Of a DNA stretch of 64,000 bases, positions 1-13,395 are shown one piece after another. The position numbers were made by a program, and so were the translations under genes. Every line of letters starts with the position of its first letter. The first letter of the stretch is position 1. Origin of the DNA: Mobula hypostoma (lineage: Eukaryota); assembly GCF_963921235.1 (NCBI RefSeq), contig NC_086118.1, positions 25,112,001-25,176,000 of the forward strand, written 5' to 3'. The notes below the pieces were generated by a model that made no database searches, was not told the DNA's origin, and worked only from the letters and a program-made list of their open reading frames with translations.

Positions 1-889
1 TCGCCTGCATTTTCCAGAATTTCATCACAATATGATTGTTAACGCAGATAAACTCCGAATTGCATTAAAGGGCTCTCAACTTTATTCAGCACAACTTCTG
101 GAGAGGGAAATTCAGGCCATTTTATTTATTGTTTGACAGTCATGCATCTGTACAGAGAATTTGGCTAAAGGTCAGCTGCTTTTGTAGCAACTATTGTCCA
201 TAGTCTTTGTTGTATTCAACACATTCAGCAGCTTCTTTGCCACATGATGTGGATCAAATTGGTTGAAGGTAGGCTTCTATGATAGTGGAGGTCTATGGAG
301 GAAATTAAGGTGGACCATCCACTTGACCATTTTGGCTGAAGCTGATTGTAATTGCTTACATTGAGCTCCACCAAGATGGCGTTCATTGAATTAACTCCTC
401 CCAATAACAAGTTAGCCATTCATACTGTACTTGATCAGATCAATAAGCTGTGGGCTTGCCTAGCAAGTTGTTTTTGCTGTTTAACATGCACGTGGGCCTT
501 CATTCTAGTCCTAACGTGTTGGCACTCTATTTCCCATTTGCTTTTCCCTTGGTTATGTACAATGAAAAACATATACAAATTGGGATGTAGGTCCCTGATT
601 AAAATTTTAGCTCAGTTAATCATCCTTGTATCCATACATAAACTTTTTTTTTTGCAATTTTGGTTTCATTCCACTATACAGAACAACGTGGTCTTGCTCT
701 TCTGCCTTGACATTTTAGCCTTAATTTTCCATGTGCCAGTCAGTCCTGAGCAAAATATCAGTACCCAGCCTTTGCTTGGAAGGTCCTGAACTTACACCTC
801 ATTACGCAGCAATTTCAAGTCCTGTTATTTGTGGATGAAGTGGTGAAACTTTAGTCCACTAGGGTCAACCTCCTTCCTTATGACCAAAG

Positions 890-1345
890 TTCAAAGTAAA
901 TGTTATTACTGTATCAAAATACATATTTCATCGTATACAACCCTGAAATTCACTTTCTTGTGGGCATACTCAACAAATCTATAGAATAATAACCATAACA
1001 GAATCAATGAAAGACCACCCAACTAAGGCATTCAAGCAGAGTGCAGAAGACAAGAATGCAAAAAGAAGAAACAATAATGTAAATAAATAAACAATAAATA
1101 TCAAGAACATGAGATGAAGAGACCTTGAAAATCAATTTATTGGTTGTGGGAATATGTCAGTGATGGGGCAAGTGAAGTTATCCCCTTTGGTTCAAGAGCC
1201 TGATGGTTCAGGGGTAGTAACTGTTCCTAATCCTGGTGACGTGAGTCCTGAGGTTCCTGTATCTTCTTCCTGATGGCAGCAGTGAGAAGAGAGCATGTAC
1301 TTGGTGATGGATGCTGCTGCTTTCCTGCAACAATGTTCCATGTAG
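890..1345 (-). mobile_element. Rex1/Babar LINE 3' end fragment
   Basis: Minus strand encodes the HALFSLLPSGRRYR...TRIRNSYYP-type C-terminus followed by an AT-rich 3' UTR; similar copies at about 31.0, 48.4 and 53.5 kb. Confidence 0.8.
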
Positions 1346-2519
1346 ATCAATTGAGAAGGGTAATACTGAATTGATCAGCTAATGTTCATGCAGAGTACTT
1401 TTAAAAGCCTTGTTATTCTACTATCTATTACACTGTAGCTAATTTGCCCTTGTGGTTTTCAGACACTGGTATGAAATCTTCCCACAGATGCAATTTAAGC
1501 TTAGCACTGCACAAATGATATTAACAATTTGTCAAGTGATCTACAAGACCATCGAGTAGAGTGAAACTCAAGGCAAGCAGTTTTATTTAACAACTTTAGT
1601 GTATCATGGCTCCACTTAGCACTGAAAAAATATTTTGAAATTTGGTATACTGGTGTGTGGTCCCTCTGTACAAACAACAGTCTTATGCATGTAATGCATA
1701 ACATCTTAAGTAAAATTCCAAAACTGATAGCTTCAAAATTAATTTTGGGTTGAGTCATCTAACATTAAATTTGGTAGTTAAACCTAAAGCCAGAGCATTG
1801 TTTCAAAGCCAAATTTCAACAGGATCCACCCAGAATTATGCATTTTTGTTAGTTTTGGCCAGACTATGCAACATGGTGTAGCTGAATACAGTATCCACAG
1901 TCCAGCTTTGCATAAAGCTGGATGATTTATTCTGAGTGTGAAATCAAGAGTAAAGTAATGTTAGTCTTTGCAGCTGTGGCCTTGCTTGAAGGACTTATTT
2001 TCATGACACTGAAAGCCTATATGTTTTAATGGTGTACAGTATACTTAAGGAGAACTGTACATTAAAATCATCTTCTAGTCAAGTCCTGTTCATTAGTTTG
2101 CATTGGGTATTTTCTGTTAATTATAAAAGAAATATAGAGAATGAGAAATATTTTTTGACAATGCCACAATCTGCTGTGAAGATCTAGATTAAGATGATGT
2201 TTGAAGCACAAGAAACAAGTTTCTCTTAAAATTATAAACTTTCCCAGAAGAATGCTTTGGCAGCCCCATTTCTCAACAAAAGAAGAAAGATATTAGCATT
2301 GATGTAGCAACTTATCAAGTCGTCAAGTTGTAGTCAAGCATTTTCCTTTTTTTTGGAATCATCTTTACAACTATTTATGTAATAAAATAACAGCCAATGT
2401 ACACATAGTAAACAGCAAAAAAATACATTAGTTCATATTTTATTGTGACATTGTAAGAGGCTGTTCAATTCATTAATTTATTGCAACAGAAAATTCTCAT
2501 CAGTGCTGCCCTCTGTATA

Positions 2520-2765
2520 CTGTATTTCCTTGTAACCCATTTTCTTTAGCATACCCAAATTTCACTGCAATTTTCCTGCCACTCACCACGCTAGTGGCAA
2601 TTTACAGCAGCCAATTAATCTACTAGCACGTCCTTGGGATCTGGAAGGAAACTTGAGCAATCAGGGGAAATCCACACACTTACAGTGAGCGTGCAAACTC
2701 CGTACAGACAACAGCCAAACTCGGGTCACTGGAGCTGTACAGCAGCAGCACCAGCTGTTGTATCA
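2520..2765 (-). mobile_element. tRNA-derived V-SINE-like element, degenerate
   Basis: Reverse complement contains gagtttgcacgctc...gatttcccctgattgctcaagtttccttcca, like the + strand SINE copies at 41.6 and 49.0 kb. Confidence 0.6.
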
Positions 2766-3542
2766 TTCTGGGGTCATAGTAATCGAATAATTAATTTGAT
2801 CTTGCTGGGGTGGACAGGCACTGAATCCCTTTCTGCCAGCAGAATCAAACTGGTTGCAAATGGAAGCATAATTGCAGTACAAGTTTCATGGAGGCTCAAT
2901 GATCTCATGTCTTATGGTTTGGTTATGAGTATCAAAGTCAAAATGTTTTCCAAAATCAATGTCACCTTCAGTTATTACTGTCTGAGTCTTTTTTAATTGG
3001 GATTGTACAGTTTAATATGTTCAAATGATTAGGCCACAGTAGGAAGCATCGTAATAAGGAAGAGATGCTGATACTTTGTGTCAAATATCCTGCAATTCGA
3101 TATATATCCCCACAGGGCTAAAACTGGTGTGTGTAACAGAGCACCTATAGATTATCTGTTGGGGTGAAAGGCCACTGTGGACGTTACTTTGTTATATAAA
3201 TAACATATCAGTTGTCAATTAAGTGCACTATCAATAGTTGTTCTTCTTGATTGATGCAAAATGTTGCACCAGTATTTGGTTAAAAAAGACTATCCAAAAT
3301 TCTCCTAAATTACCCTCTGGCTCTCTTAATACAAGAAAGAAAGTATAGACATCTACAAAATGTGTTTGTTGTTTCTGGAAGGTTGCAAATATGTAATTGG
3401 AATTCCTGTTTTTTTTCTCTGAAGCTAAAAATAAATGGAGAGTAAGAGAAAAACAAACATATTTCATCATTACACAGTTTATTTAGTGGTTAACTGTTTA
3501 TGAGAGTTGCACGTAAATTGTTTCTGTCCTTTTATTGTGCAG

Positions 3543-3654
3543 GAAGATGCTGAAGATGTGTGGTGACACAGAGGATAGGCTAGCCCAGGAACTCATCCTG
3601 TTTGAGCTGCAGATAGAAAGGGATGTGATAGAGCCATTATTTGTGTTGGCTGAG
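3543..3654 (+). CDS. ARHGAP44: ARHGAP44 coding exon (BAR domain), 112 nt
   Basis: tttattgtgcag|G AAG ATG...GCT GAG|gtaaga; encodes KMLKMCGDTEDRLAQELILFELQIERDVIEPLFVLAE. Confidence 0.95.
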
Positions 3655-3722
3655 GTAAGAAATTCTTTGTGATTTTCATGGAGGGCCAGAAGCTCTTTCT
3701 CTGAAAAATATTAAATGCTTAA

Positions 3723-3863
3723 AGCCTGAAATAAAACTGCAATACATTGAGTAAATTCACTAACCAAAGGATCACCTGCAATGGTTTGTTTTTAAAACAG
3801 CCTGAAATAAAACTGCAATACATAGAGTAAATTCACTAACCAAAGGTTTGTTTTTTAACCAGC
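3723..3863. repeat. Local tandem duplication, 76-bp period, 2 copies
   Basis: agcctgaaataaaactgcaataca[t/a]gagtaaattcactaaccaaagg at 3723 and 3799; the second copy lacks 14 nt. Confidence 0.9.
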
Positions 3864-4819
3864 TCTACTTTGAGAGTCTACCTTTCATCCCATTTATTTA
3901 GCAGGTACTTCCGGAACCCCAGAAATAGCTTTACCCACACCACTGTCTCCCAGTTGGCAGTACTAGATCATTAGAAATTTTCTCAAGCTAAGTATTGGGA
4001 AGGCTGAAGCCAGTGCCTTTGGCTCTCATTGCAGGCTTAATTTCCTGACTCTATACTGTATCCACTTACTGATTCCTTCCCTTATCCTGGCACGTCATTG
4101 AATCTAAACAAGGGTTTTGGCAATCTTGCCACTATTTTGAAGGCTAGAATGAATTACAGTCCACACATCCAGGCTATCAGTAAGTACAGCTGTTCTCACT
4201 TAAAGGGCATCATTCAATGACACCTGTGCTGAACTTGGTCTGCCGCTGAAACTTTCAGTGACACTTTTGTTATCCTTTCTGCTTTTCATCCTCACTCTCA
4301 ACCTCATGTTCCCCATAAACCTGAGGTCAACCACACCTGACTTCCAGTGCCCTAAGTTACCAGTCTCTCCTGTACTTTGTGACCTGCAGTGGCACCTGGT
4401 TAGGTAATACCTGGATTTTATAACTCCCTGCCTTTTTTTTATCACCGCCCTTCATATTGTCACATTTCCCTTTTGTCAGCATCACCTGTTTTATATCCTC
4501 TGGGGTGATCACACTTTCTCAAATGTGTTTGCCCTTTTATTGGCTTTGGTTTCAGCCGCCTTGGCCCTAAATGTCCTCCAATTTCTTTCCTAAACTGTCT
4601 CACTTTTCTCCTTCATGGTATTCCTAAAACCCACCTACTTCACTAAGGTTTTAGTTATCTGCACCAATACTGCTTATGCATCTTAGTGTCAAAATTTGTG
4701 TGATATGCTTGAGTGAAGGGAATTGAGATTGTTTTGTTCTTTGTAAGATATTATACAAGAACAAATTGTTGCTTTTATTCATGGTATCCATTCATCCAGT
4801 CACCTCTGTCAGTATACTG

Positions 4820-5240
4820 GAACTACATCTCAGAGCAGGAGTAAGCACGTGGCCCCTCAACTTTCTGCACCATCGGATAAGATCATAGCTATTTCAATTG
4901 TAGACTCAAATCTACATTCTCATCCGCTTGTCATAACCTTTCATCCTCCAGCTTATTAAGTCTCTGTTCACTTCTGCCTTAATAATATTTAGATTCTTCT
5001 TCCACCACTGTTTGAGGAAGAGAGTGCCAAAGACTCAACTGTTTGTGAATTTTTTAAATCTCTGTCTTAAATATGGAACCCCATATTTTTAAACAGACAC
5101 CCCATATTCTTGAATCTTCCAGAAGAGGAAACACGTTCTGTACACTCGTCTTGCAGAGACACATCAGGATCTCAACCACTAGGTTCAACAAATACAAGTC
5201 AAGCCTGTCCTCATGAGATAACCCACTTTTTGCATGTATT
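4820..5240 (-). mobile_element. CR1 LINE 3' end fragment, old
   Basis: agcaggagta...ggcccctcaa...aagatcatagct resembles the CR1 3' ends at 18340 and 46103. Confidence 0.55.
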
Positions 5241-5591
5241 ATTCAACTGCCACAGCAGTAAAGTGGACTTTATCCTGTTCCCTCCTACCTCCAGTTCTAT
5301 AGCGTAGAACATCCTGTGAAGTTATGCTGCATGTTTAGGAGAACACAAATTTCTCACCCAGTTATTATTAGGAACATGATCTCTTTATCAGAACACACTT
5401 ATTCTCCAGAATTAAATAGCACCTTCATTGAAAGTTATTTATATATTTAATTTAAATGTTGTGATGGCCTAATCATCATAGTGTATTTTAATTTGGTAAT
5501 TTGCAGCATTAAGAGTGCGTTACCCATTTCTACGCCGCTGGATTTTTTGAATGAACAGAGAAAGAAAATGATAATTGTTTCTGCTCTTCAG

Positions 5592-5668
5592 GTGGACATT
5601 CCCAACATCCAAAAGCAGAGGAAACATTTAGCAAAATTAGTTTTGGACATGGACTCAGCTAGAACACG
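5592..5668 (+). CDS. ARHGAP44: ARHGAP44 coding exon (BAR domain), 77 nt
   Basis: ctcttcag|GTG GAC...ACA CG|gtaaaa; encodes VDIPNIQKQRKHLAKLVLDMDSART(R). Confidence 0.95.
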
Positions 5669-6319
5669 GTAAAAATGATTGTTCCTTTTTTTTCTTAAGT
5701 CTTTCAATATTAATTTATTTTACTTAAGACTTAAAGCCCTCTGTCTTTTTCGTGGAACATTTTAATACATAATTAAAACAAATCACTTGCCCTTTTTTTA
5801 TTGTTGAATTTTTCTCAGAATCTTGTTTCTGACTGTTGCTCACACTCTGCCCTCACATATTTTCATCCATGACAACTCACTGGATGAGGATGAACCAGAG
5901 CTTACAGTCTCAAGCTCTAAGCCAGGAATTGGTTTGAGGCCGGGTGGCGTTTCATTTCCCAGAGAGTCATGAATCTCTGGGATTGAACTGTCTTATTAAA
6001 AAAAAAACAGAGGTTGGGTTTCATCCTTCAAGAAGTTTATTCTGTTCAAGCCTGCCGAGTGCACTTGTCAACTTTGTAAAGATCAAAATGGTATCTGCCA
6101 AAAATCAGAACAGTGACACAAAATGTTCCCAAATGCATTATGACCCCTGCTGGCTGAGAGGAGAATAACAACTCTTCAGTTGATGATATTATACATTTTA
6201 CACAAATTTCCTAAGTCATTTGCAACACCTTTGGGGAGGAAAAAGACAGATTTTTGTAGATAACATCAATCAATTGGACAACCTCCCTGGCAAGTATCCA
6301 GAGGGACAGGAGGTAAAGA

Positions 6320-6835
6320 ACTGCAGACGTTGAGATCTGGAGCAACGAACAATCTGCTGGAAGAACTCAGCGGGTCATGCAACCTCTGCGGGAGGAAAGG
6401 AATTGTTGACATTTCAAGTCAAAACCCTGCACCAGGCCTGAGAATAAAGATCAAGATGGCCAGTATAAAAAGGCAAAGGGGAGAGATGAAAAAGGCTTCT
6501 GAGGTGATTGGTGGACTTTAAGAGTATAAGATGACAGGAAAGTGAGTAGTGCCAGGCAGGGGTGGTGAGGGGGGTAGAGTTGGAAGACAGTGGCAGTTAG
6601 ATGAAAGATGGAGGCAGAAAAAAAGAGATTTTAAAAAAGGGGTGGAAATACCAGATGAAGCAAGGTGGGGGAGGTGAGTGTGAAGATGGTTAACAGCTGC
6701 TGGAAGTAAATAAGCAGGAGCACAAAGCACTATCAGCGCTAGATTCTGGTAAGGTAAAGCTTCTCAGTCCACCAATCACCTCAGAATCCTTTCTCAGCAC
6801 TGCTGTTCTCCTCTTCCAGCAGGTTGTTTGGTATT
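6320..6835 (-). mobile_element. Penelope-like element terminal fragment with an inverted segment
   Basis: ctgctggaagaactcagcgggtca...tgttgacatttcaagtcaaaaccctgc is a recalled Penelope pseudo-LTR motif; purine-rich tract; inverted arms at 6488-6517 and 6766-6795. Confidence 0.6.
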
Positions 6836-7697
6836 GGCTGGAAGCAGTAACTGGTATAACTCCAGTGTAGCAAGGATTCTGAAATTGAGCTGATCATCCA
6901 AAATTTGGAAGATGCATTAGCAGCCCTGATATGTTCAATAATTGAAAGAGTGCTGTTATTCAGTTTGACGGACATTTGTAAGATGTTTGTCCAGTTAAAG
7001 CCAAGCATTTCAATCCCTATCTTTATTTCAGGATGGAAAACAAAGGAAAATATCAACACATCTGAAATAGGTCATAACAAGAAAAGGTGGAAAAAAAAGA
7101 GATAAACTGGGTCATTGATGTGAAAGGGCATTGGGAAAACACAAAGCCATTTTGAAAGATATTTCCAAGGTGGAAAGATGGCATTTACTTAAAAGACAGT
7201 GGGAACAAATGGCTGCTGCCTGGATTGGAGCAGAACAGAGAGGTTGGGGATAATACCAGCAGCCACTTTATTGATGCCCAGTAGGATTCAGAAGCAAGCA
7301 GTGAGTCATTCAGGGATAGAGGATGAGAAGGTGAAGTTATTGGGCACTGGCAGGACAGAACTTTCATATTTATCAGAGCTCTGGGGGAATCAGGAGGATG
7401 TGGGTGAAATTGTAAACAGTTACAATTTTCTCCTTAAAATGCTGGAGTGCAAAGTTAAACTTCCATTGTATTTGTGCAGAAGAATATGCAGGGCAGCCTA
7501 AATCTACTTTTCATCTATATGCTATTAAAATGGGTGCCTGATTCAAGTCCTTGGAGTCCTGACCTCTAGGTGCAGACCTTGAGTCAGACAACATCAAAGG
7601 TGGGATCTGAAGGATAGGATATCAAGGTCTGACAGCAACACTTGGTAGGGAGAGGTCAGCAAGACTTTTGCAAAGAACCGTGGTAGGCAGCTGCAAT

Positions 7698-7800
7698 CCT
7701 GATGCAGGGTCTCAGCCTGAAACATCTACATCTTCTGTTGGCACTGATGCTGCTTCACCCGTTGTAATCTTCCAATATTCTGATTTTTGGTAGGCATCTA
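7698..7800 (+). mobile_element. Penelope-like pseudo-LTR fragment
   Basis: cctgatgcagggtctcagcctgaaacatc...gatgctgcttcaccc. Confidence 0.55.
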
Positions 7801-8832
7801 TTGTCGTATACTTAATATCGGGAAACGTGGACATACCTTTCCCCAAAATAATGAGATAGAATAGGCCAGGACCTTCTTTCCCTTTAAAGTTTCTGGTACA
7901 GTTTTGGTGCAGCACTATTTGAGTATGTGGAATGCTGATGTCATTACCGTGCATTCCTCTCCGTCTTTAAATTGATCTGAAAACTTAGGTCAACCTTGGA
8001 GAGAAATCTGAGCCCTTTTAAAGCTTAAGAGCTCATGAATCATAGTCTACAGATGCATTAAAATATATTTTATTTTAGACAGATCACATATTTTTGGACA
8101 GAGCACATACTTACAGAACGTTAAATGCTAACCTGAAGGCTCCTTTCTCAAAATCTGGTGCCACTTTAGCCGTGTTTTAGCTGCTTGAACTCTTGAATCT
8201 GCTTGCAGTATTTGAACAGAGTGGCACATTTTCCTATAAGAAATTCTTCAAATCAGCTGAGAACCCTCCAGATTTTAATCACATTAATTCTATTTGTTCA
8301 CAAAATTGCATGTCACTTAAATACAGATCTAATTCCAGTGAGATACTGGGCATGCAGTTGAGGTTAGTTGGCTATGTTATTGGTTTGAGTATTTTTGGTG
8401 TATTGTACATGGAGTATTTGTGTTTATATGGGATAAATCAGTTTAATTAAGCATCTGTTGGTTGAGAAAGTTACTAAGCATTCTTAGTGATTCTGGTCTT
8501 CCCCTTGAATGGAACTGTAAAAAGTTATGAAAGATGTATATTCTCCCTTGGGCAGAAAAAAAATGATTTTGTATTCTCTCAAATAGATTGAAGATTTGCT
8601 TTCTAATAAAGTAACTGGCACAGGATTATTTCTGTATGCTTCCTCAATGATAAACAAAACCATTCTGAATAATGTTCAGTCAAACGCCAGCCATGATTGT
8701 TCTTGTATAAGATGCGTGAACTAAGTTTGATCTTTCTTCTTTACTTTTAATTACAGTATAACATTCAATTCCCCATTTGCCAGTATTTTAAGACTTCATT
8801 CAGAAAGTATTCCATGAACTAACTGGCATTTT

Positions 8833-11655
8833 AGAACATAGAACTGTACAGTACAGGACCACAATGTTGTACTCAACCAATTAAATTGGTAATCAAGTGG
8901 CTAACTAGACTAATCACATCTGCCTACACAATGTCCATATCTTTCCATATTCCACACATTCATGAGCCTATCTAAACATCTCTTAAAAGCCCCTAAGGTA
9001 CCTGCCTCCACTACCTCCCCAGGCAACATATTCCAGGCACCCACAAATCTCTGTGTAAAAATGTTGCCCTTTGAAACTTTGAATGTTCTCCTTTGAAACT
9101 AATCCCTCATACCTTAAATGCATGCCCTCTGGTATTAGACACTTCAACCCTTGGAACAAGATATTGTTGGTCTACTCTACCTATGACTCTCATAATCTTA
9201 AAAACCTCTATTAGATCTTCCCTCAGCCTCCAACAACCCAAAGCTGCCCAACTTCTCATTATAGCACATGCTCTCTAATCCAGACAACTGGTGAACCTCT
9301 TCTGCACTCGCTCCAAAGCCTCGGTATCCTTCCTAAAATCAGGCAACCAGAACTGTGTGCAATAATCCAGAAGCAGCCAAACTTGAATTTTATTAAGTTG
9401 CAACATAGCCTACTGACTTTTGAATGCAATGCCTTGATTAGTAAAGAAAAGCATGCAATATACCTTCTTAAACACCCTATCAACCTGTGTCACCACTTTC
9501 AGGGAGTATACTGTCTCTTCCCATTTGACCTACCAATGTGCTACATTTCACATTTGGCCAGGTTAAACTCCATCTGCCATTTCTTTGCCCATATCTGCAA
9601 CTGATCCTGTTATATTCTTTAACAGTCTTGTATGATATCCACAACACCACCAATCTTCCTATCATCTGCAAGCGTACTAAACCTCCCATCTACATTTTAT
9701 TCAGGTCATTTATAAACAGCGGAGGTCCCTGTACAGATCCCTGCAGAACATTACTAATCACAGACCACCTACTAGAATAAGACCTTTCAACCACTACCGT
9801 CTTTCTTCTATGGGCAAACCAGTTCAGAATCCGAACAGCCAAATCACCATGGATCCCATGCATTTTAATCTTCTGGATGGGCCTTACTAAAATCCATGTA
9901 AACAACATCCACAGTTCTACCTTCATCAATCACCCTCATCACCTCATCAAAGAAATAAATCAAGTTAGTAAGACTTAACTTTCCACACACAAAGCCATGC
10001 TGGCTCTCCTTAGTCCATGGTTTTCCAAATGCTCGTAAATCCTATCCTTAAGACTTCTTTCCAGTAACTACCATACCACTGATGTGAGACTCCCCAGTGT
10101 ATAGTTTCCAGGATTATCCCTAATTCCCTTCTTGAATAATAGAACAATATTAGCTACTCGCCTGGCCACTGGGACCTCAACATTGTCTAGGGAAGACATG
10201 AAGATATCGGTCAAGGCCCCAGCAATCTCTACTCTTGCCTCTCTCGATAACCTGGGGTATATCCCATCAAGCCCTGGGATATATCCATCTTAATGATCTT
10301 TAAGAGACCCAACACTACCTCCTCCTTTACCTTGAAAGCCCTTAGCATTTCAATACTCAAAACACGGATCGCCCTACTCACCATATCCTTCTCGTTGGTA
10401 AATACTGATGTAAAGTACACATTAAGAACCTCACCCACATCCTCTGCATCCAAACAAATGTTCTCCCTCCCTCTTTATCCTCAAAGTGGTCCTACCCTCT
10501 CCCTAATTATCCTCTTGCTCTTGATGTTTGTATAGAATACTATGGGATTCTCTTTAATCGTACTTGACAAGGACTTTTCATGGCCCCTCTTGACTTTCTA
10601 AATTCCCTTCTTGAGTACTTTTCTGGCTTCTTTATAATCCCCAAGTGCTCTTTTTAAACTTTACGTACTTTTCTTTTTTTCTTCTTGACTAAATTCAGCA
10701 TCTCTCTCGACATTCAAGTTCTCTCACCTTGCCATCTTTGTCCTTCCTTTGATTAGAACATACCTGTCCTGTGCTCACCGCAGTTGGTCTTTAAACACTT
10801 TCCACATGACTGATGTGGACTTTCCCAATTAACTCTCCCTAGTTCCCTGCCTAATACTCTCGTAATGTGCCCTACTCCAATTTACAGTCCATATTTATCG
10901 ATATCTATAGCTACCTTAATACTTGGGAGTTGTGGTCACCATTCCCTAACTGTTTACCCACTGAAAGTTTGGTCACCTGACCAGGCTCATTACCCAACAC
11001 CAGGTCCAGTGCAGTACCTCTTGTTGGGCTATGTACGTATTGATTTAAGAAACCTTCCTGAATGATCCTGGCAAACTGCCACATTTAAGTTTCTTGTGCC
11101 AGAAGGATCCAGTTTATAGTCCCCCATGGTAACAACCATATTGTTTTTACACCTTTCGTTAATCTGCCTGTGTATCTGTTCCTCAGTGTCCTGGTGGCTA
11201 TAGTAAAATCCTATCAGAGTGATTGCACCCTTCCTATTTTTGAGTTCTCACCATGTAGACTCAGAGCACAAGCCTTCATTATGTCCCCTCTGAGTGCAGC
11301 CGTGATATTGTCCTTGATTAGTAGTGCAATTCCCCTCCTTGTTTACCTCCCTCTCTACCGTTTCTAAAACATTGAAATCCTGGGACATTAAACACCCATT
11401 CCTGTCTCTCTCTCAACCAAGTCTCTGTGTTGGCCACAACATCGTAGTTCCATGTACTGATCCACGCTCTTACATTTGTCACCTTTACCCATAATACTCC
11501 TAGCATTAAAATACACACACTTCAAATTATCCATCCTATCATATCTATTAGTTTGCACCTGCTTGTTTTTACAAACCCCGGCAACTACCTCCCTGTCCAT
11601 CCTTCCATTTTCTGATCTGGTGCTCTGTTTCCCCTCCGCCTGTCAAACTAGTTCA
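8833..11655 (-). mobile_element. CR1 LINE, 5'-truncated, decayed ORF2 (APE endonuclease plus RT)
   Basis: ORF fragments CVYFNARSI, WNYDVVANTETWL, GEVLNVYFTSVFT and QGSVQGPPLF; 3' tail (ctatgtt)n at 8833; many frameshifts. Confidence 0.9.
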
Positions 11656-12145
11656 TTACTTTTTTTAATATAAACACCATATAGGCCAGTCTAGGAAAAG
11701 CAGGGCCAAACAGACAAATGTGTTCACCTTTAGGCCTTACTAGTGGATCTCACTTCACATCCGTGGCTTAAAAACAGTGAGAAGGATGAAAATTTACTCC
11801 AAAGCCATGGAGTTGCCATTCATTAATACGGTCAATTTTATGGACTCCAAAGAAAAAGTAGAGAGGTCATACATTATATTTTCTTCTGATTATTAGATCT
11901 ATGTTTCTTTTCATACTGCTTCTGAAATCTGAACTAAAACTGACATCAGTTTCCATTCCAGGCAAACAGTTCACTTCATCTCTCCTGAGAACACTTGAGG
12001 AAATGAACTGAACTCATTCTGTCATAAACCTATAGTGTGATATATCGAAATGTAGCTTCGTAGTTGGTGCATGATAATTTATGGAACTGAAGGAATGGAC
12101 TCAAATGTTCCACATTAGACATCTTATAAGATTACTCTAATGATG

Positions 12146-12650
12146 TTTGTTTTTTTTTACTAATTTTTTATTGCAACACCAACAAATTACATTCAATACA
12201 ACCAGTTGCCAATTACATTTTGACTGTTTAACCCAGCCACCCCCCAACCTTCATCACCATCCCCCCACCTCTTCCTCATCCCTACCCCCTCTCCACCCCT
12301 CCCCCTCCAACCCTCTGTCCCCCCCCACCCCTCTCCCCTCCACCAACCAACTGAATAGTAGTGCATACACGGACAAAACGTTCCTATTTAACAAAAGATC
12401 TTTTAAGTTCGATATTAAATTTATCCACATTAAGATTGTGTTTGGTCGTGCATCATTTACTCTTCCTGATGAAAGTTCCAGGTAAGAAATGTCCAAAAAG
12501 CTCCGAAGCCAGTGAGTATTTGAAATATCATGGGGAGGTTTCCAACGCTGGACGACAATCTTCTTAGCTGCAGTTACGCCTGCCAGCCAGACCTTGCGTG
12601 TTTTTTCCGTAAAGGAAAGTTGGGAGTCATCATTCAGAAGATGATTAAGT
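12146..12650 (-). mobile_element. L1-clade LINE 3' end with G-rich 3' UTR and poly(A) tail
   Basis: Open frame LNHLLNDDSQLSFTEKTRKVWLAGVTAAKKIVVQRWKPPHDISNTHWLRSFLDISYLELSSGR resembles fish L1 ORF2 C-termini; AATAAA (tttatt at about 12167) and an A-rich tail follow. Confidence 0.8.
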
Positions 12651-13395
12651 CTTTGAACTTTAAGTGACAGTTTGGCATTCCAGTTTAGGCAAGTAGATTT
12701 ATAATATCTATTTGTATTGCAAAATTATGTGAGCTGCGGTGGCACTTTTACTTGTGGAACAATGGGTGTTTTCAGGTCACGAAAAGCAGAGATAAATGTG
12801 ATCTTTCTGATTTACCCTCACAAAGTACCTCCAAGCACATAGTAAATGCACTAATGTGATATTGATTTCATTTCCTACCCTGAACATCTTGTAACCTGTT
12901 AACGTGAGATTGCTACTCATTACCAATCATGCATTTTTTTGTTGTTGTGGATAAGCTGTTGCCAAAGGCAAAAATAATTATTTGGGAACAATATCAATGG
13001 AGATTAAAAGGCAATCGGTATCGGGAAAACTTTTGTCACTGGGAAAAAATGTGATCCAGATCATTAAACACAACAGGTACTGCAAGAATATTGGGTGGAT
13101 TCAGCTGACTGCTGGCTAATAACCATATAATCATATAACAATTACAGCACGGAAACAGGCCATCTCAGCCCGTCTAGTCCATGCCGAATGCTTACTCTCA
13201 CCTAGTCCCACCAACCTGCACTCAGCCCATAATCCTCCATTCCTTTCCTGTCCATATAGCTATCCAATTTTACTTTAAATGACAATATCGAGCCTGCCTC
13301 TACCACTTCTACTGTAAGTTCATTCTACACAGCTACCACTCTCTGAGTAAAGAAGTTCCCCCTCATGTTACCCCTAAACTTTTGCCCCCTAACTC

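Noticed and set aside
352..789. 145-aa ORF
   Set aside because: Non-ATG start, low-complexity hydrophobic translation of AT-rich DNA and no recognisable motif.
1..3542. Upstream ARHGAP44 exon (and a downstream exon after 60964)
   Set aside because: No sequence encoding the expected neighbouring peptides with splice sites was seen; these exons presumably lie outside the window.
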